Notes: generated by a model not told the origin, from the letters alone. 36,593 nucleotides of DNA from a virus (IMGVR_UViG_3300003965_000009:1-36593), one strand, 5' to 3'. Numbered from the stretch's first letter, positions 8,044 through 17,603 are shown. Made by a program: numbers and translations.

Positions 8044-10395
8044 TCATGCCTGGGCCTCCGGGTCGTTCAGCACCCAGATTTCCGGATTTTCGACGGGCAG
8101 AACCGCGTTGTTGGTCTCCGATTGGAAGTGCGTGGGGAGCAATGGAACGAGGGTGCGCGTGATCTCGCCGGTCTCAGGATCGACCGTCTCGCCGTCCGTC
8201 CCGAAGAGCATGTCCTGCACCAGGAGGTAGCCCTTGGTGGATTTGCTGACGGGAATGCCGAGCTGGGGCGCGTCGCGCAGGAACTTGATGTAGCCCTTGT
8301 TGGCGAGGACGTTGATGCGGCGGGCGATGGTGTCGTCACCGCCCAGCCCGTGCGTGTTCTCGAACTGTGCGGCGAAGGCGCTGCCGGTGAAGACCTTCCC
8401 CTCGCGGGCCTCGTTGGCGATGATTTGCAGGATGACGTCGTGACGCCGGCTGCGCTCGGCATCGAGCTTGCCGCCGATGTCTTTCCGCACCAGGCGCTGG
8501 CCCGTGCGATCGAGCTCCACCCAGGCGCCACCACGTTTGTCGACCAGCATCGGCTCGAGGCCGGGCCCGTTGCGGAGCTCGACATGAAGCTCGCGCTCGG
8601 TCTGCTCCTCGTCGGGGCGGAACAGGATGGCGCCCGAGGTGTAGTAGCCGCGCAGCGCGCTGGCGCCGGACAGCGCCAGGAAGGGATCATCCTTCACCTG
8701 CTGCTTGCTGAGCTTCTTCGTATGGTGGGCGAGGATGATGCCGCCTTCCGGGGCGACCTCGTCCCGCAGCGCCTCCACGCGGCTCTGCAGGAAGAACATC
8801 ATCGCGCTGTTGTCGTTCTCCCCTTCGCCCGCGGGCCCACCATCGAAGAGGTTGCGGATGGGGTCGATGCAGATGATGTCTGGCGGCGCATCGGGGAAAG
8901 CAGCGCGGATGGAAGCCGCGACGAGGGGCACTCCCTGTTCGTCCAGCAGCATACGGAGCTTTGGGGTAACAACGAGGGTGTTGCGAGCGCGAGCGACGAC
9001 CGCGGGATCGAGCCGGAGCTGCTGCAGGCGTTCGCGCAGGTAGTGGTATTGGATCTCGGCCTGCAGATAGAAAACCCGCAGCGGGCGCGGTGCGGTGAAT
9101 CGCAGGAACGGTGCGCCGGCGGCGGCGTGGACCAGCAGGCTGATCAGGAAGTCGGATTTGCCGACCTTCGGCGCGCCGCCGAGCACCAGCATCCCACCCG
9201 GGGTCAGCAGGCGTGGCCCGATGAGGTCGTCGGGCATCGGCGAGGTGTCGTCGAGCAGCGCGCCGAGCGTGTGCGCGGGCATGGCGCTGGACGGCGGCGC
9301 AGTGGCGCGAAGCAACGGCGGCCCATTGCGGTCGACGTGCAGTGCCCAGATGCTGTCCGCCTCGACCTTGAGGCGGCCCAGAGGCCAGGCCGGGCGGAGG
9401 CAGGCGGCGTTGTATTGGCAGATGGCCTCCCAGCCGTCGTCGCCGGTCATGCGGCCCTCATGGACCATGCGGACGAAGTGGCCGATGGCGGCGCTGGCGC
9501 CCTGGAAGCGGGTCCAGGCGTCCTGGCTGCCCTCGCGCACCGGCGTGGTCAGGACGGAATCGAGTCCGGGGCGGGTGGCGCCAGGGGCGGCGGTGGGCGC
9601 CGCCAGGCCCGGCATAGTGGGCATGGCCGCGACCGCTGCGGCGAAGTCGGCGAGCTCCACCTCGACCCTGGGCCGGTGCTCGCGAATGGTGACGCGCCGC
9701 TGCACGCCATGCTTCTGGTGGACGGTGCCGGGCACGCGGATGGGCTGGTGCGCGGAGCGGAAGTGCAGGTCGCCACCGACCTTCTCCGCGATCTCACCGC
9801 GCAGCACGCAGAGGCGTGCCAGATCTTCACCCTCGGCCGGCTCGGACAGCCGCCACCAGGCATGCAGCTTGGCGGCGCCCTCCGTGGTGCGGCCGCCGCT
9901 CTCGACCAGCAGTGTGGGTGCGCCGAGATGTTGGACGAGGTGGCCCAGCTTGGCAGCGATGTCGCCGGCGTCGAGGTCGACCACCACCGTCTGCATCTGC
10001 AGCACATGCTCGGCGCGGGCCTGGCCCTGCTCGCCGACAGTGCCGGGGATGACATAGACGGCGCTGCCTTCGCGCACGGCCCAGGTGGCATAGGCGCTGA
10101 GGGATGCGGCGGCGTGCCGGTCGGCCGGGACCCAGATGTTGTGCGGCTTGGTGTCGAGGCCCTGGCCCTGGTCAACGAAGCCGCGGACGGGGATCAGCCC
10201 GTCGCAATAGCCGAACACCACGTCGAGGAAGGCGGCGATCTGCTCGATGTCCAGCGTGACGTGTCCGCCAGCGTGCGGCATTGGCTGCCCAGTGCAGGGA
10301 AGTCGATCCATCTCGACATTCCCACTGGCGGGAATATCGGTCGCGCCATCATCCGCCAGCGGCGCCGCATCGTTGAAGTCGCCCCATGCGTTCAT
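8044..10395 (-). CDS. Primase-helicase fusion (RepB/AEP-like primase + AAA_25 RepA-type helicase)
   Basis: VVDLD...VESGG...KLHAWW...PIRVPGT primase motifs; GGAPKVGKS Walker A, ICIDP Walker B, HHTKK, SGASAL; ATGA-coupled start; 783 aa. Confidence 0.85.
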   Translation of the reverse strand: MNAWGDFNDAAPLADDGATDIPASGNVEMDRLPCTGQPMPHAGGHVTLDIEQIAAFLDVVFGYCDGLIPVRGFVDQGQGLDTKPHNIWVPADRHAAASLSAYATWAVREGSAVYVIPGTVGEQGQARAEHVLQMQTVVVDLDAGDIAAKLGHLVQHLGAPTLLVESGGRTTEGAAKLHAWWRLSEPAEGEDLARLCVLRGEIAEKVGGDLHFRSAHQPIRVPGTVHQKHGVQRRVTIREHRPRVEVELADFAAAVAAMPTMPGLAAPTAAPGATRPGLDSVLTTPVREGSQDAWTRFQGASAAIGHFVRMVHEGRMTGDDGWEAICQYNAACLRPAWPLGRLKVEADSIWALHVDRNGPPLLRATAPPSSAMPAHTLGALLDDTSPMPDDLIGPRLLTPGGMLVLGGAPKVGKSDFLISLLVHAAAGAPFLRFTAPRPLRVFYLQAEIQYHYLRERLQQLRLDPAVVARARNTLVVTPKLRMLLDEQGVPLVAASIRAAFPDAPPDIICIDPIRNLFDGGPAGEGENDNSAMMFFLQSRVEALRDEVAPEGGIILAHHTKKLSKQQVKDDPFLALSGASALRGYYTSGAILFRPDEEQTERELHVELRNGPGLEPMLVDKRGGAWVELDRTGQRLVRKDIGGKLDAERSRRHDVILQIIANEAREGKVFTGSAFAAQFENTHGLGGDDTIARRINVLANKGYIKFLRDAPQLGIPVSKSTKGYLLVQDMLFGTDGETVDPETGEITRTLVPLLPTHFQSETNNAVLPVENPEIWVLNDPEAQA

Positions 10396-11159
10396 GCAGG
10401 CTGTGCCCAGCAGCGCTTGGCCCAGGCGCAGAAGCGACACTCAAAATGATCGGCTTGGGAGGCAACGCGGGGCAGCAGCTCGCCGGCATCCGTCGCGGCC
10501 AGGATGCGCACGGCCCGGTCCGACATGCGCTGCGCCAGCTCGGCGTTGAACGGCACCAGCTCGTGATGGAGCTCGGCGGTGTCCTTGTTGATGGCGGTGA
10601 ACAGCGCCGGATTATCCGCCACGCCTGGGACACTGGCGTCCATGTACGCCTGATAGACCGCGATCTGCGCCGCGTAGATCGGCTTGGCCACAGCTACGCC
10701 CTTGCTGGACGTCTCGCGCCAGGACTTCGCGTTCATGGTCTTGCATTCCCACAGCGCGGGGAACGCCATGCCAGGGATGGTCGGGCCGCCGGCCAGCACA
10801 CCATCGACATGGCCGCGGATGCGGCCGCCTGCGACCGAGAAGCCGAACTGCTCGCCATGCTCGCCACCGCCACGGCGCGTGTAGAGATCAAAGCCAGCGC
10901 CACGGAGCCAGGCCACGGCCACATCCTCCAGCGCGTGCCCGATCCCAAAGATGCGCAGCAGCCGACCGTCGAAGTCCGCCCCCTCATCCTTCGGCGCCTT
11001 TGCGAACTCGAACTGCAGCGCGCGCTCGCAGGCGTGGCCCAGCCGGGAGCCACCCAGATAGTCGCGCGGCGGCGTGGCCGCGTTGGTGGCGACCAGCGCG
11101 GCATCGATGGCGGCGTTGACGTGCCCCGAGGTCTGGCTGCGGCTGTTGAGGTCCAGCAT
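10392..11159 (-). CDS. Cas4-like PD-(D/E)XK exonuclease (phage, not CRISPR-linked)
   Basis: CERALQF...GHVDG...WECK...QIAVYQ...CRFCAWAKRC (1+3 Cys Fe-S pattern); 255 aa. Confidence 0.8.
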   Translation of the reverse strand: MLDLNSRSQTSGHVNAAIDAALVATNAATPPRDYLGGSRLGHACERALQFEFAKAPKDEGADFDGRLLRIFGIGHALEDVAVAWLRGAGFDLYTRRGGGEHGEQFGFSVAGGRIRGHVDGVLAGGPTIPGMAFPALWECKTMNAKSWRETSSKGVAVAKPIYAAQIAVYQAYMDASVPGVADNPALFTAINKDTAELHHELVPFNAELAQRMSDRAVRILAATDAGELLPRVASQADHFECRFCAWAKRCWAQPA

Positions 11160-11551
11160 CAGAAGGGCGCATCCGCAGCGGTGAGTGGGCGGTGCGGAGC
11201 TTGTGCCTGCGCGGCGGTGGCCTGCATCGCATCCTGGAAGCCGCCGACGGCAACCTCGATCAGCGTCAGCACCTGCGGCTCGGTCAGATCGATCAACCGA
11301 GTCTGCCAGCCAATCTCGCCCAGGCATTCGCCGAGCGGGCGCATGGTTGCGCGGATGGCTGCCTGTTCCTGTTCAGTGAGATCAACCACGGACGGTGCGC
11401 TCCTCGCAGCAAGGGTGGTCCAAAGCGCCTGGCAGGCGATGCCGCAGAAAGAAGCGGTGGGGCGTGGCGGCCGCCGCCGCGTCGGATCGAACCAGCCAAA
11501 GCCGCGCGTGGAGCGGCGGCAGATGGCGCAGGGCAGGACGGGATTACGCAT
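11159..11551 (-). CDS. DUF6511-like protein with Zn-binding cysteines
   Basis: CAICRR...GFGW...FCGIACQ; ends in PF; coupled to neighbouring genes. Confidence 0.7.
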   Translation of the reverse strand: MRNPVLPCAICRRSTRGFGWFDPTRRRPPRPTASFCGIACQALWTTLAARSAPSVVDLTEQEQAAIRATMRPLGECLGEIGWQTRLIDLTEPQVLTLIEVAVGGFQDAMQATAAQAQAPHRPLTAADAPF

Positions 11552-11557
11552 GGCTGG

Positions 11558-13234
11558 TCATGCAGCCTGGCCCAGCGTCGCGGGCTGGGCGTTGCGCACC
11601 AGGCTGCGGATGGCCTGGCGGTTAAACTTGAAGGTCAACAGCGCAGAGGCCTGGTAGCGCGTCATGCCGAGATCAGCCCTGGCCTCGGGCGGCAGGTGAA
11701 TCAGCTGGCGCTCCGTCGGCGGCTCGCGCAGCCAGCGGCGGCTCTTGTGGGCGCTCTCGTCGGTCTCGTGGGCGTTCAGCCAGTCGTCCGCTGCGGCCAG
11801 CGCCACCAGCCGCTCACCGATGGACAGCAGGCGCGGCCGCTCCTCCTTGGCGCCGCCGACCGCGTGCCAGGCCCCGTTCAGGAAGAAGATACCCGCCCAG
11901 CCGTTGAAGCCATTGGCCAGCAGGGCGCCGTCGTCGCCGAACAGGTCGCACCACTGGAAGGCCGAGCGCCGGAGGAGGTCGATCTCCGTCATGATGAAGT
12001 CGGTGAGCGGCGCCGTCTCGCGCCCGCGGGGCTCGAAGGCGTGGCCGCAGATCGGGCACTCCATCACCGCGATTGGCACCTCGGCCTCGCAGGAGGGGCA
12101 GGTCTTGGTGGGCGGCTCACCTTCGCCGGGCTGGCTGTCGAGATCGACGTCCTGCTCCAGACAGCCATGGATCTGTGAGGAGGTGCCGAAGTCGAGCACG
12201 ATGCAGTCGCGCTTGACGATGCCGGGATGCTCGGTGGGATCGACGGTGCGCAGCCCGCGACCGACCATCTGGATCATGGTGCACTTGAAGGAGCTGGGCC
12301 GCAGAAGGATGACGCAGGAGGTGGGGGGATGGTCCCATCCCTCGGTCAGCACCGCGACATTCACGACGATGCGCGCCTCGCCCCTCGCATAGGCGGCCAG
12401 GACGGAGCGCCGCTCCCCCTCCGGCATGTCGCCGGTCACCATGACGGTGGGGACGCCGGCCGCATTGAAGGCCGCGGCGACGTGCTCGGCATGCGCAACC
12501 GTGGAGCAGAAAGCCACGGTCTGGCGGCCGCCGGCCTTCTCCTGCCAGTGCTTCACCACGGCATCGGTGACCGGCACCGTGTCCATGACGCGGGCGACCT
12601 CGCCCATGTCGAAATCGTCGCCGCTGCGCCGCACCGCGCGAAGCTCATCCTGGACGCCGACATCGATGATGAAGGTGCGTGGCTGCACCAGGTGGCCGGA
12701 GGCGATCAGTTCGCCGAGCCGGATCTGGTCGGCGACGTTGGAGAAGACCTGGCGCAGCCCGACCTTGTCGCCGCGGTTCGGCGTGGCGGTGACGCCGTAG
12801 ATCCGGCAGGTCGGGTTGCGATCCAGGGCGTGGTCGATGATGCGGCGATAGCTGTCGGCGACGGCGTGATGCGCCTCGTCGATCACCAGAAGGTCCAGCG
12901 CCGGCATCAGTTCAAGATTGGCGGCGCGCGTCAGCGTCGGCACCATGGCGAAGGTGACCTGGCCGCCCCAGGACTTCTGGCCGGCATCCACCACGGAGGT
13001 GGTCACGCCAGGATTCACGCGGCGGAACTTCGCCAGGTTTTGCGCCGTGAGCTCATCCCGATGGGCGAGGACGGCAGCCTTGGCGGCGCTGCTGCCGATA
13101 TGCTCGCCCACGGCCGCCGACAGCATGATGGTCTTGCCGGCGCCGGTCGGAGCGACGCCGAGCGTGTTGCCGTGCTCGTCGAGCGCACGAAGGCTGCGCT
13201 CGACGAAGAGCTTCTGGCGGGGGCGGAGCATCAT
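11558..13234 (-). CDS. SF2 DEAH-box helicase with Zn ribbon
   Basis: APTGAGKT, DEAHH, TATP, LTEGWD, QMVGRGLR, CPSC...CPIC; 558 aa. Confidence 0.92.
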   Translation of the reverse strand: MMLRPRQKLFVERSLRALDEHGNTLGVAPTGAGKTIMLSAAVGEHIGSSAAKAAVLAHRDELTAQNLAKFRRVNPGVTTSVVDAGQKSWGGQVTFAMVPTLTRAANLELMPALDLLVIDEAHHAVADSYRRIIDHALDRNPTCRIYGVTATPNRGDKVGLRQVFSNVADQIRLGELIASGHLVQPRTFIIDVGVQDELRAVRRSGDDFDMGEVARVMDTVPVTDAVVKHWQEKAGGRQTVAFCSTVAHAEHVAAAFNAAGVPTVMVTGDMPEGERRSVLAAYARGEARIVVNVAVLTEGWDHPPTSCVILLRPSSFKCTMIQMVGRGLRTVDPTEHPGIVKRDCIVLDFGTSSQIHGCLEQDVDLDSQPGEGEPPTKTCPSCEAEVPIAVMECPICGHAFEPRGRETAPLTDFIMTEIDLLRRSAFQWCDLFGDDGALLANGFNGWAGIFFLNGAWHAVGGAKEERPRLLSIGERLVALAAADDWLNAHETDESAHKSRRWLREPPTERQLIHLPPEARADLGMTRYQASALLTFKFNRQAIRSLVRNAQPATLGQAA

Positions 13235-13249
13235 GCTGGTGCGGCCCCC

Positions 13250-13918
13250 TCAGCGCGCCCAGGCGGGACGGGGATCGTTGCCGGGGCCTGGCTGAGGCGT
13301 GGGGACCGGGAAGGCGCCCTGCTGCATGGCGGGCGCGGCGGGCGGGGGCGTATGCACGGGCGGCGCATAGCCCTGGGACGGCGGGGCATAGGCAGGCGCC
13401 GCATACCCTGCCGGGGCGGTGGTGCGCCCCATCGCCTGCGCGTAATCCCGATGGTCCGGCGTCACCGCCATGCGGATTTCGTTTTTGGTCTCGCCGCCGG
13501 CGTCGGTGCCGTGCTCGATCTTCGCGACAAACTCCAGCCCCTCCAGGTCCGCGAAGCCGCCGATGCGGCGCGCCGCCTGCGCCTGGGGCGAGACATCCTT
13601 GTCGGAAATGCCGCGCGCGGAGTTCAGCATCCCCCGCAGGAAGCTGCGGCCCATCCCCGCCCATTCCGGACCCTTCGGGCTGTAGAGGCCGATCAGCGTG
13701 AAGATTTTCCGCTTGGCGTAGGGGCCCTCCAGCACGGTGAACTCGCCGTTGAGATAGACGGCGCCGGTGCTGCCGCGTGTGGCGTAGCCGCCGGTCCAGC
13801 CCTGGCTCGGATCGTCGAAGCCGCCGGGCCGGATGGTGAGGCGAACCTTCGCCAGCGTCCCCTTGGGGATCAGGTTCGGGTTCGACTGGGCGTCGTTGTA
13901 GTCGTTCCAAGAAGCCAT
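13250..13918 (-). CDS. Phage ssDNA-binding protein-like (DUF669-type)
   Basis: LIPKGT...YLNGEFTVLEGPYAKRKIF OB-like core, Pro/Ala-rich tail ending RPAWAR; follows the Sak4-like gene. Confidence 0.7.
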   Translation of the reverse strand: MASWNDYNDAQSNPNLIPKGTLAKVRLTIRPGGFDDPSQGWTGGYATRGSTGAVYLNGEFTVLEGPYAKRKIFTLIGLYSPKGPEWAGMGRSFLRGMLNSARGISDKDVSPQAQAARRIGGFADLEGLEFVAKIEHGTDAGGETKNEIRMAVTPDHRDYAQAMGRTTAPAGYAAPAYAPPSQGYAPPVHTPPPAAPAMQQGAFPVPTPQPGPGNDPRPAWAR

Positions 13919-13934
13919 GGTGCTTCTCCTCCGG

Positions 13935-14801
13935 TCAGGTGGTGGGGGTGTCGGTGGCGGCAGTGATGAGCGGGGCCGTCAGCGCGGGCGCCGCCGCACT
14001 GGGTGCTGCGGTGCCGCGGATCTTTGCGAAGAGGCGGCCGAGGTCTGGTGGCTCCAGCAGGTCAAGCCGGCCGCTGCGGTCCTTCGCCGGATAGCCCCAG
14101 GGGTTCAGCGTGTGGCAGACCAGCGCTCGGAACGGCTGCCCGCCCTGGTCCTTGATCTCCGCCAGCGTCAGCACTTCATCGACGATGCCCGGCAGTTCGA
14201 GGCTGGTCTTGCTGCCCTCGATCTGCAGGCTGAAGACGCGGCGATTGAAGTCGTCGAGCTTCTCGTCGAGGATCCCGACGAAGATCACGTTGCGGCCGCG
14301 GGCGTGCTGCAGATGCGTGAGCCAGGCGATCATCTCGCGCCCATGCAGCCCGTAGGCGCCGCGCACGTCAGGCTTTCCGGTGCGCTCCGCGAAGGCCTCG
14401 GGCTGGCCGCGGCACCACTGAAAGCAGAGACGACCGGCGACGGTGATGCTGTCGATGAACAGCGTGACGTAGTGGTCCATGCGCGCCGGATCGCCGTACT
14501 CGCGAACCACCCGCGCATGCTGAGCTGCGGAATAGGGCTGGTCGTCGCGCAGCGCGGGGTTCGGGCCGGCGAGGAACAGCGCCAGGTCGCGGCATTCCTC
14601 CCATGTCCGCGGGCGGATCGAAGCGCCCCGCCAGCCCTGCACGGCGAGATCACCCGCCTCGAGGTCCATGAAGAGAGTGGTCACGGCGCAGGTGGTGTTC
14701 AGAAGCCAGGTCTTGCCCATGCCGGGCTTACCGAGGATGGCGGCCTTGACGCCGCGCTCCTCGGCCTGCCGCTCGTCGGCGGTGATGATGCGCAGCGCCA
14801 T
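13935..14801 (-). CDS. AAA_24 ATPase (Sak4-like single-strand annealing protein)
   Basis: GKPGMGKT, DLEAG, FIDSIT, AKDRSG motifs; start MALRIIT overlaps the upstream stop; 288 aa. Confidence 0.85.
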   Translation of the reverse strand: MALRIITADERQAEERGVKAAILGKPGMGKTWLLNTTCAVTTLFMDLEAGDLAVQGWRGASIRPRTWEECRDLALFLAGPNPALRDDQPYSAAQHARVVREYGDPARMDHYVTLFIDSITVAGRLCFQWCRGQPEAFAERTGKPDVRGAYGLHGREMIAWLTHLQHARGRNVIFVGILDEKLDDFNRRVFSLQIEGSKTSLELPGIVDEVLTLAEIKDQGGQPFRALVCHTLNPWGYPAKDRSGRLDLLEPPDLGRLFAKIRGTAAPSAAAPALTAPLITAATDTPTT

Positions 14802-15346
14802 CAGCGGCCTCCCTGCAGCGGGATGACGCCCGCGCCATGCGGGCTGTCGCGCAGCGCCGTCTCGGACATGATGGCGAGGCGATACGTGGCGCGGCCGGTG
14901 CGGACCGTGCGGGCCGGCTCGAAGGCTGTGCGAATGCGGTCCGGCCAGGCGGTGTAGGCCCGCTCCGAGACCTTGAAGCTGACCTCGACGTATTGGCCCG
15001 GATCCTCGCCGCCAGCGCGGATCTGCTCCGACAGCGCCGCGAGCCGCGTCTGATCCCATTCCACCCGCTTCGGCAGATCGACCGCGATCTCCACGGCGCC
15101 GTCCTGAAAGCGGACCGTGCCGGTGTCCTTGCCAGCAGCGGCACGGGCGCCGATCGCGCGCTGCTCGTAGCGGAGCGCGATCGCGGCCTCGATCCAGTCC
15201 TGCATGCGCTTGGCGGCATCCAGCGCCTCGCGCGCATCGGTCTGCAGCAGCGCGAGATGCTCGGCGGGGAGCGCGATGACGTCGCTCACCGGCATGTGGC
15301 GCAGCGCATCGAGGGTGGGGCGGTTGGGGCGAGGCGCGTCCATCAC
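14801..15346 (-). CDS. Conserved phage hypothetical protein
   Basis: GKDTGTVRF...DLPKRVEWDQ...FEPARTV; overlaps both neighbours. Confidence 0.75.
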   Translation of the reverse strand: MMDAPRPNRPTLDALRHMPVSDVIALPAEHLALLQTDAREALDAAKRMQDWIEAAIALRYEQRAIGARAAAGKDTGTVRFQDGAVEIAVDLPKRVEWDQTRLAALSEQIRAGGEDPGQYVEVSFKVSERAYTAWPDRIRTAFEPARTVRTGRATYRLAIMSETALRDSPHGAGVIPLQGGR

Positions 15347-15684
15347 GCTGCCTCCGCGAGCAGCAGGGGCAGGATGGACGACGCATAGCGACGCGGTCGG
15401 CGGCGGGCGACGAGGATATAGGCGTAGTCCTCATAGCCGTGCCGGCGTTGCACGATGTCCGCCAGGCCGAGCTCGGCCAGCTTCCAGGCGCGGGCCGCCA
15501 GGCGCTGCAGCGCGGTGCGCTCGTGCTCGGGCAGGCACTGCAGATGCGGGCAGACCTGCCGGGCGAGCGCGCCGCGGTGGTAGATGATGCTGTCGCCGGG
15601 AGCCGCGGCGCCCAGCCAGGTGCAGAGCGACGCCTCGGTAAGAGGCTTCGACACTGCGCGGATGTCGGTGATGTTGGTGTCCAT
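15343..15684 (-). CDS. Conserved phage hypothetical protein (113 aa)
   Basis: CTWLGAAAPGDSIIYHRGALA...IVQRR...YAYILVAR; in operon. Confidence 0.7.
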   Translation of the reverse strand: MDTNITDIRAVSKPLTEASLCTWLGAAAPGDSIIYHRGALARQVCPHLQCLPEHERTALQRLAARAWKLAELGLADIVQRRHGYEDYAYILVARRRPRRYASSILPLLLAEAA

Positions 15685-15717
15685 ACTTAGCCCTACCCAG
15701 CCCCTCGCCGATGCGTC

Positions 15718-16293
15718 TCAGGCCGCCGCGGCGATGCCGCCGGCGAGGAGCCGCAGGCGCATTTCGCGGATGCGGCGGTAGAGGACAGACCGCGGCAGGG
15801 GGCCTTGCTGGCCGAGCTCATGCGGCGTGCACTGCGTCAGGGCTGCGCAGATGCTGTGGTCGCGCTGGTCCAGGACGGCGCCGGCGCGATCCAGGTCGAG
15901 GCGGCGCTCCAGCGCGGCCACCGCGTCGGTCTGCTGACCGCACCACGCCGCATACCCCTCCGATTCGGGGATGATGTCGGCCAGCGTCAGGTCCTCCTCC
16001 TGGCCGGGCACCACGTCGTCGAGCGACGCCTCATGCCGTTCGCGCTTCTCGCGGCGCAGGCGGGTCGCGAGACGGGACGCGCGGTGCTCGAAGCAGACCG
16101 TGGCGAAGGCCGCCAACGTCCCACGCGCCGGATCGAAGCCGGGCAACCGCGCCAGGAGGTCGAGCAGCATGTCCTGCTCCATGTCCTCCCGCTCATGGCT
16201 GGGCCGCCCCAAAGTCCGGCAGAGGCGACGCGCGTAGCGCTCAGCAAGGGGGTGAACGACGTCGAGATCGGCGAGGGAAAGCTCGGTGGGCAT
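15718..16293 (-). CDS. Sigma-70 region 2/ECF-like sigma factor
   Basis: EREDMEQDMLLDLLARLPGFDPARGTLAAF region-2 pattern, C-terminal HTH-like RSVLYRRIREMR; GGAG RBS; 191 aa. Confidence 0.75.
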   Translation of the reverse strand: MPTELSLADLDVVHPLAERYARRLCRTLGRPSHEREDMEQDMLLDLLARLPGFDPARGTLAAFATVCFEHRASRLATRLRREKRERHEASLDDVVPGQEEDLTLADIIPESEGYAAWCGQQTDAVAALERRLDLDRAGAVLDQRDHSICAALTQCTPHELGQQGPLPRSVLYRRIREMRLRLLAGGIAAAA

Positions 16294-16372
16294 CGGGCGT
16301 GGCTCCTGGAGGACGGCTATGACGTCCAGAAGCAACCACACGACCTGCCGGGGCGAAGAGGCAGAATGGGGC

Positions 16373-16414
16373 GCAATGGGGAATTGAAGTGTCCTGGGAT
16401 TTATTCCCCATTGC
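16373..16414. promoter_or_regulatory. Perfect 12-bp inverted repeat, candidate operator in the divergent switch region
   Basis: GCAATGGGGAAT (16373-16384), 18-bp spacer, ATTCCCCATTGC (16403-16414). Confidence 0.55.
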
Positions 16415-16532
16415 TAATTCAGAGACTTATGGCTGATTTCGACGAAAATCAGATGGATAGCCCGCTGATTTCCGCCCCATCCACGCGGGAAACGCGCGCC
16501 CGACTGCTCAACTGTGGATATCGGGGATAGTC

Positions 16533-16584
16533 GAACAAGAAGGGAACATTGCTGTTGACCAATCGCACAGCAATTCGTCATGAT
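16533..16584 (+). promoter_or_regulatory. LexA box (GAAC-N7-GAAC) next to a sigma70-like promoter
   Basis: GAAC AAGAAGG GAAC at 16533-16547; TTGACC 16555-16560, 18 bp spacer, CATGAT 16579-16584; ATG at 16591 has no RBS. Confidence 0.65.
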
Positions 16585-16590
16585 CCCGGC

Positions 16591-17325
16591 ATGTCCATCA
16601 CCGTTGAGTACCCGCATCACGCCGCCTCGGGCGCGCCTCGGCCGTTGTCCGCCCAGACCCTCTGGGCGGTCGCCGCGCAGGTGCGCCGCCAGGCCGTGAC
16701 GGAGCCTGGTGGATTCGCGCTACCGCTCGCCGCACTGGTCGCTGCCACGCGGACAGTGTCGGCGAACGGTCGGGCCATCGTGGTCGCCTGGGAGCTGGAC
16801 CATCCTGTGCACGATGCCAGTGGCGAGGCCGTGCTCGGCGTCTGCGAGACGGATCCCGACATGCCCGGCACGGCGCTCGTCTCCGTGAACGCGCGCATGG
16901 TGGCCGGGCGGCCGGACCTGGCGGTGAGCACCGCGGCGCATGAGCTCGGCCATGTGGTGTTCGACGTGCCCGTCGCACTCGGCACGCCGGCGCGGCGCTA
17001 TCGCTCGGTGACGGCGGGCCCGAGCGCGCTACTCGATCGGACCACAGCGGCCTCCGAGCGTCGGGCGAATGAATTCATGGGTGCGTTACTCGCTCCCCCG
17101 GTGCAGCTCCATCTCCGGATGCTGGTGCACGCGCGGTCGGAGCGGCTGCGCACGGTCCATGCGCCGCATCGGGGACGGCAGGGCTGTCGCGTCCTGGCGG
17201 CCGACAACCCGCCCGAGGTGATCGAGGGGGTGGTCGCCGCGCTGGCGGGTGACTTCGGCGTATCGGAGCGCTTTATCGCTGTACGGCTGAGCCGCTACGG
17301 CTTGGTTCAAGGAGAGCAACGGTGA
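16591..17325 (+). CDS. ImmA/IrrE family metallo-endopeptidase
   Basis: STAAHELGH (HEXXH) and ERRANEFMGALLAP; 244 aa from ATG 16591. Confidence 0.88.
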   Translation: MSITVEYPHHAASGAPRPLSAQTLWAVAAQVRRQAVTEPGGFALPLAALVAATRTVSANGRAIVVAWELDHPVHDASGEAVLGVCETDPDMPGTALVSVNARMVAGRPDLAVSTAAHELGHVVFDVPVALGTPARRYRSVTAGPSALLDRTTAASERRANEFMGALLAPPVQLHLRMLVHARSERLRTVHAPHRGRQGCRVLAADNPPEVIEGVVAALAGDFGVSERFIAVRLSRYGLVQGEQR

Positions 17326-17603
17326 GCTTTGGATCGGTCATCCGCGAGCGACGGACTGCGCTCGGCATCGGGTTGAACGATTTCGCGGAGCGATTGGAAA
17401 TCTCGGCGGCCTATTGGTCGCGCATTGAGCGTGACCAGGAGAACCCGCCCCGCGACGAGCTGATAGAGCGCGCCGCCGCCATTCTCGGCGTGCGGATGGA
17501 TGATCTGTTCGTCGAGGCGCAGCGACTGCCGCCCGACATGCGGAAGGATATGGCCAAGGTTGTGCAAGCGTATCGGCGGTTGCGCTTTGTCGGGAAGGGA
17601 TGA
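17322..17603 (+). CDS. XRE-family HTH regulator (ImmR-like repressor)
   Basis: FGSVIRERR...LNDFAERLEISAAYWSRIERD; GTGA overlap with the peptidase, GGAG RBS. Confidence 0.9.
   Translation: MSFGSVIRERRTALGIGLNDFAERLEISAAYWSRIERDQENPPRDELIERAAAILGVRMDDLFVEAQRLPPDMRKDMAKVVQAYRRLRFVGKG

Noticed and set aside
7619-8047. 143-aa N-terminal extension of the RuvC-like ORF
   Set aside because: It runs through the iteron array, and a good RBS precedes ATG 7618. An ATGA overlap at 8044-8047 means read-through cannot be fully excluded.
7972-10449. Long antisense ORFs (825 aa here; also 12227-13966, 21934-23739, 24587-26569, 33615-35015, 34853-36346)
   Set aside because: Each mirrors a well-supported gene on the other strand, lacks motifs, and is expected from GC3 bias.
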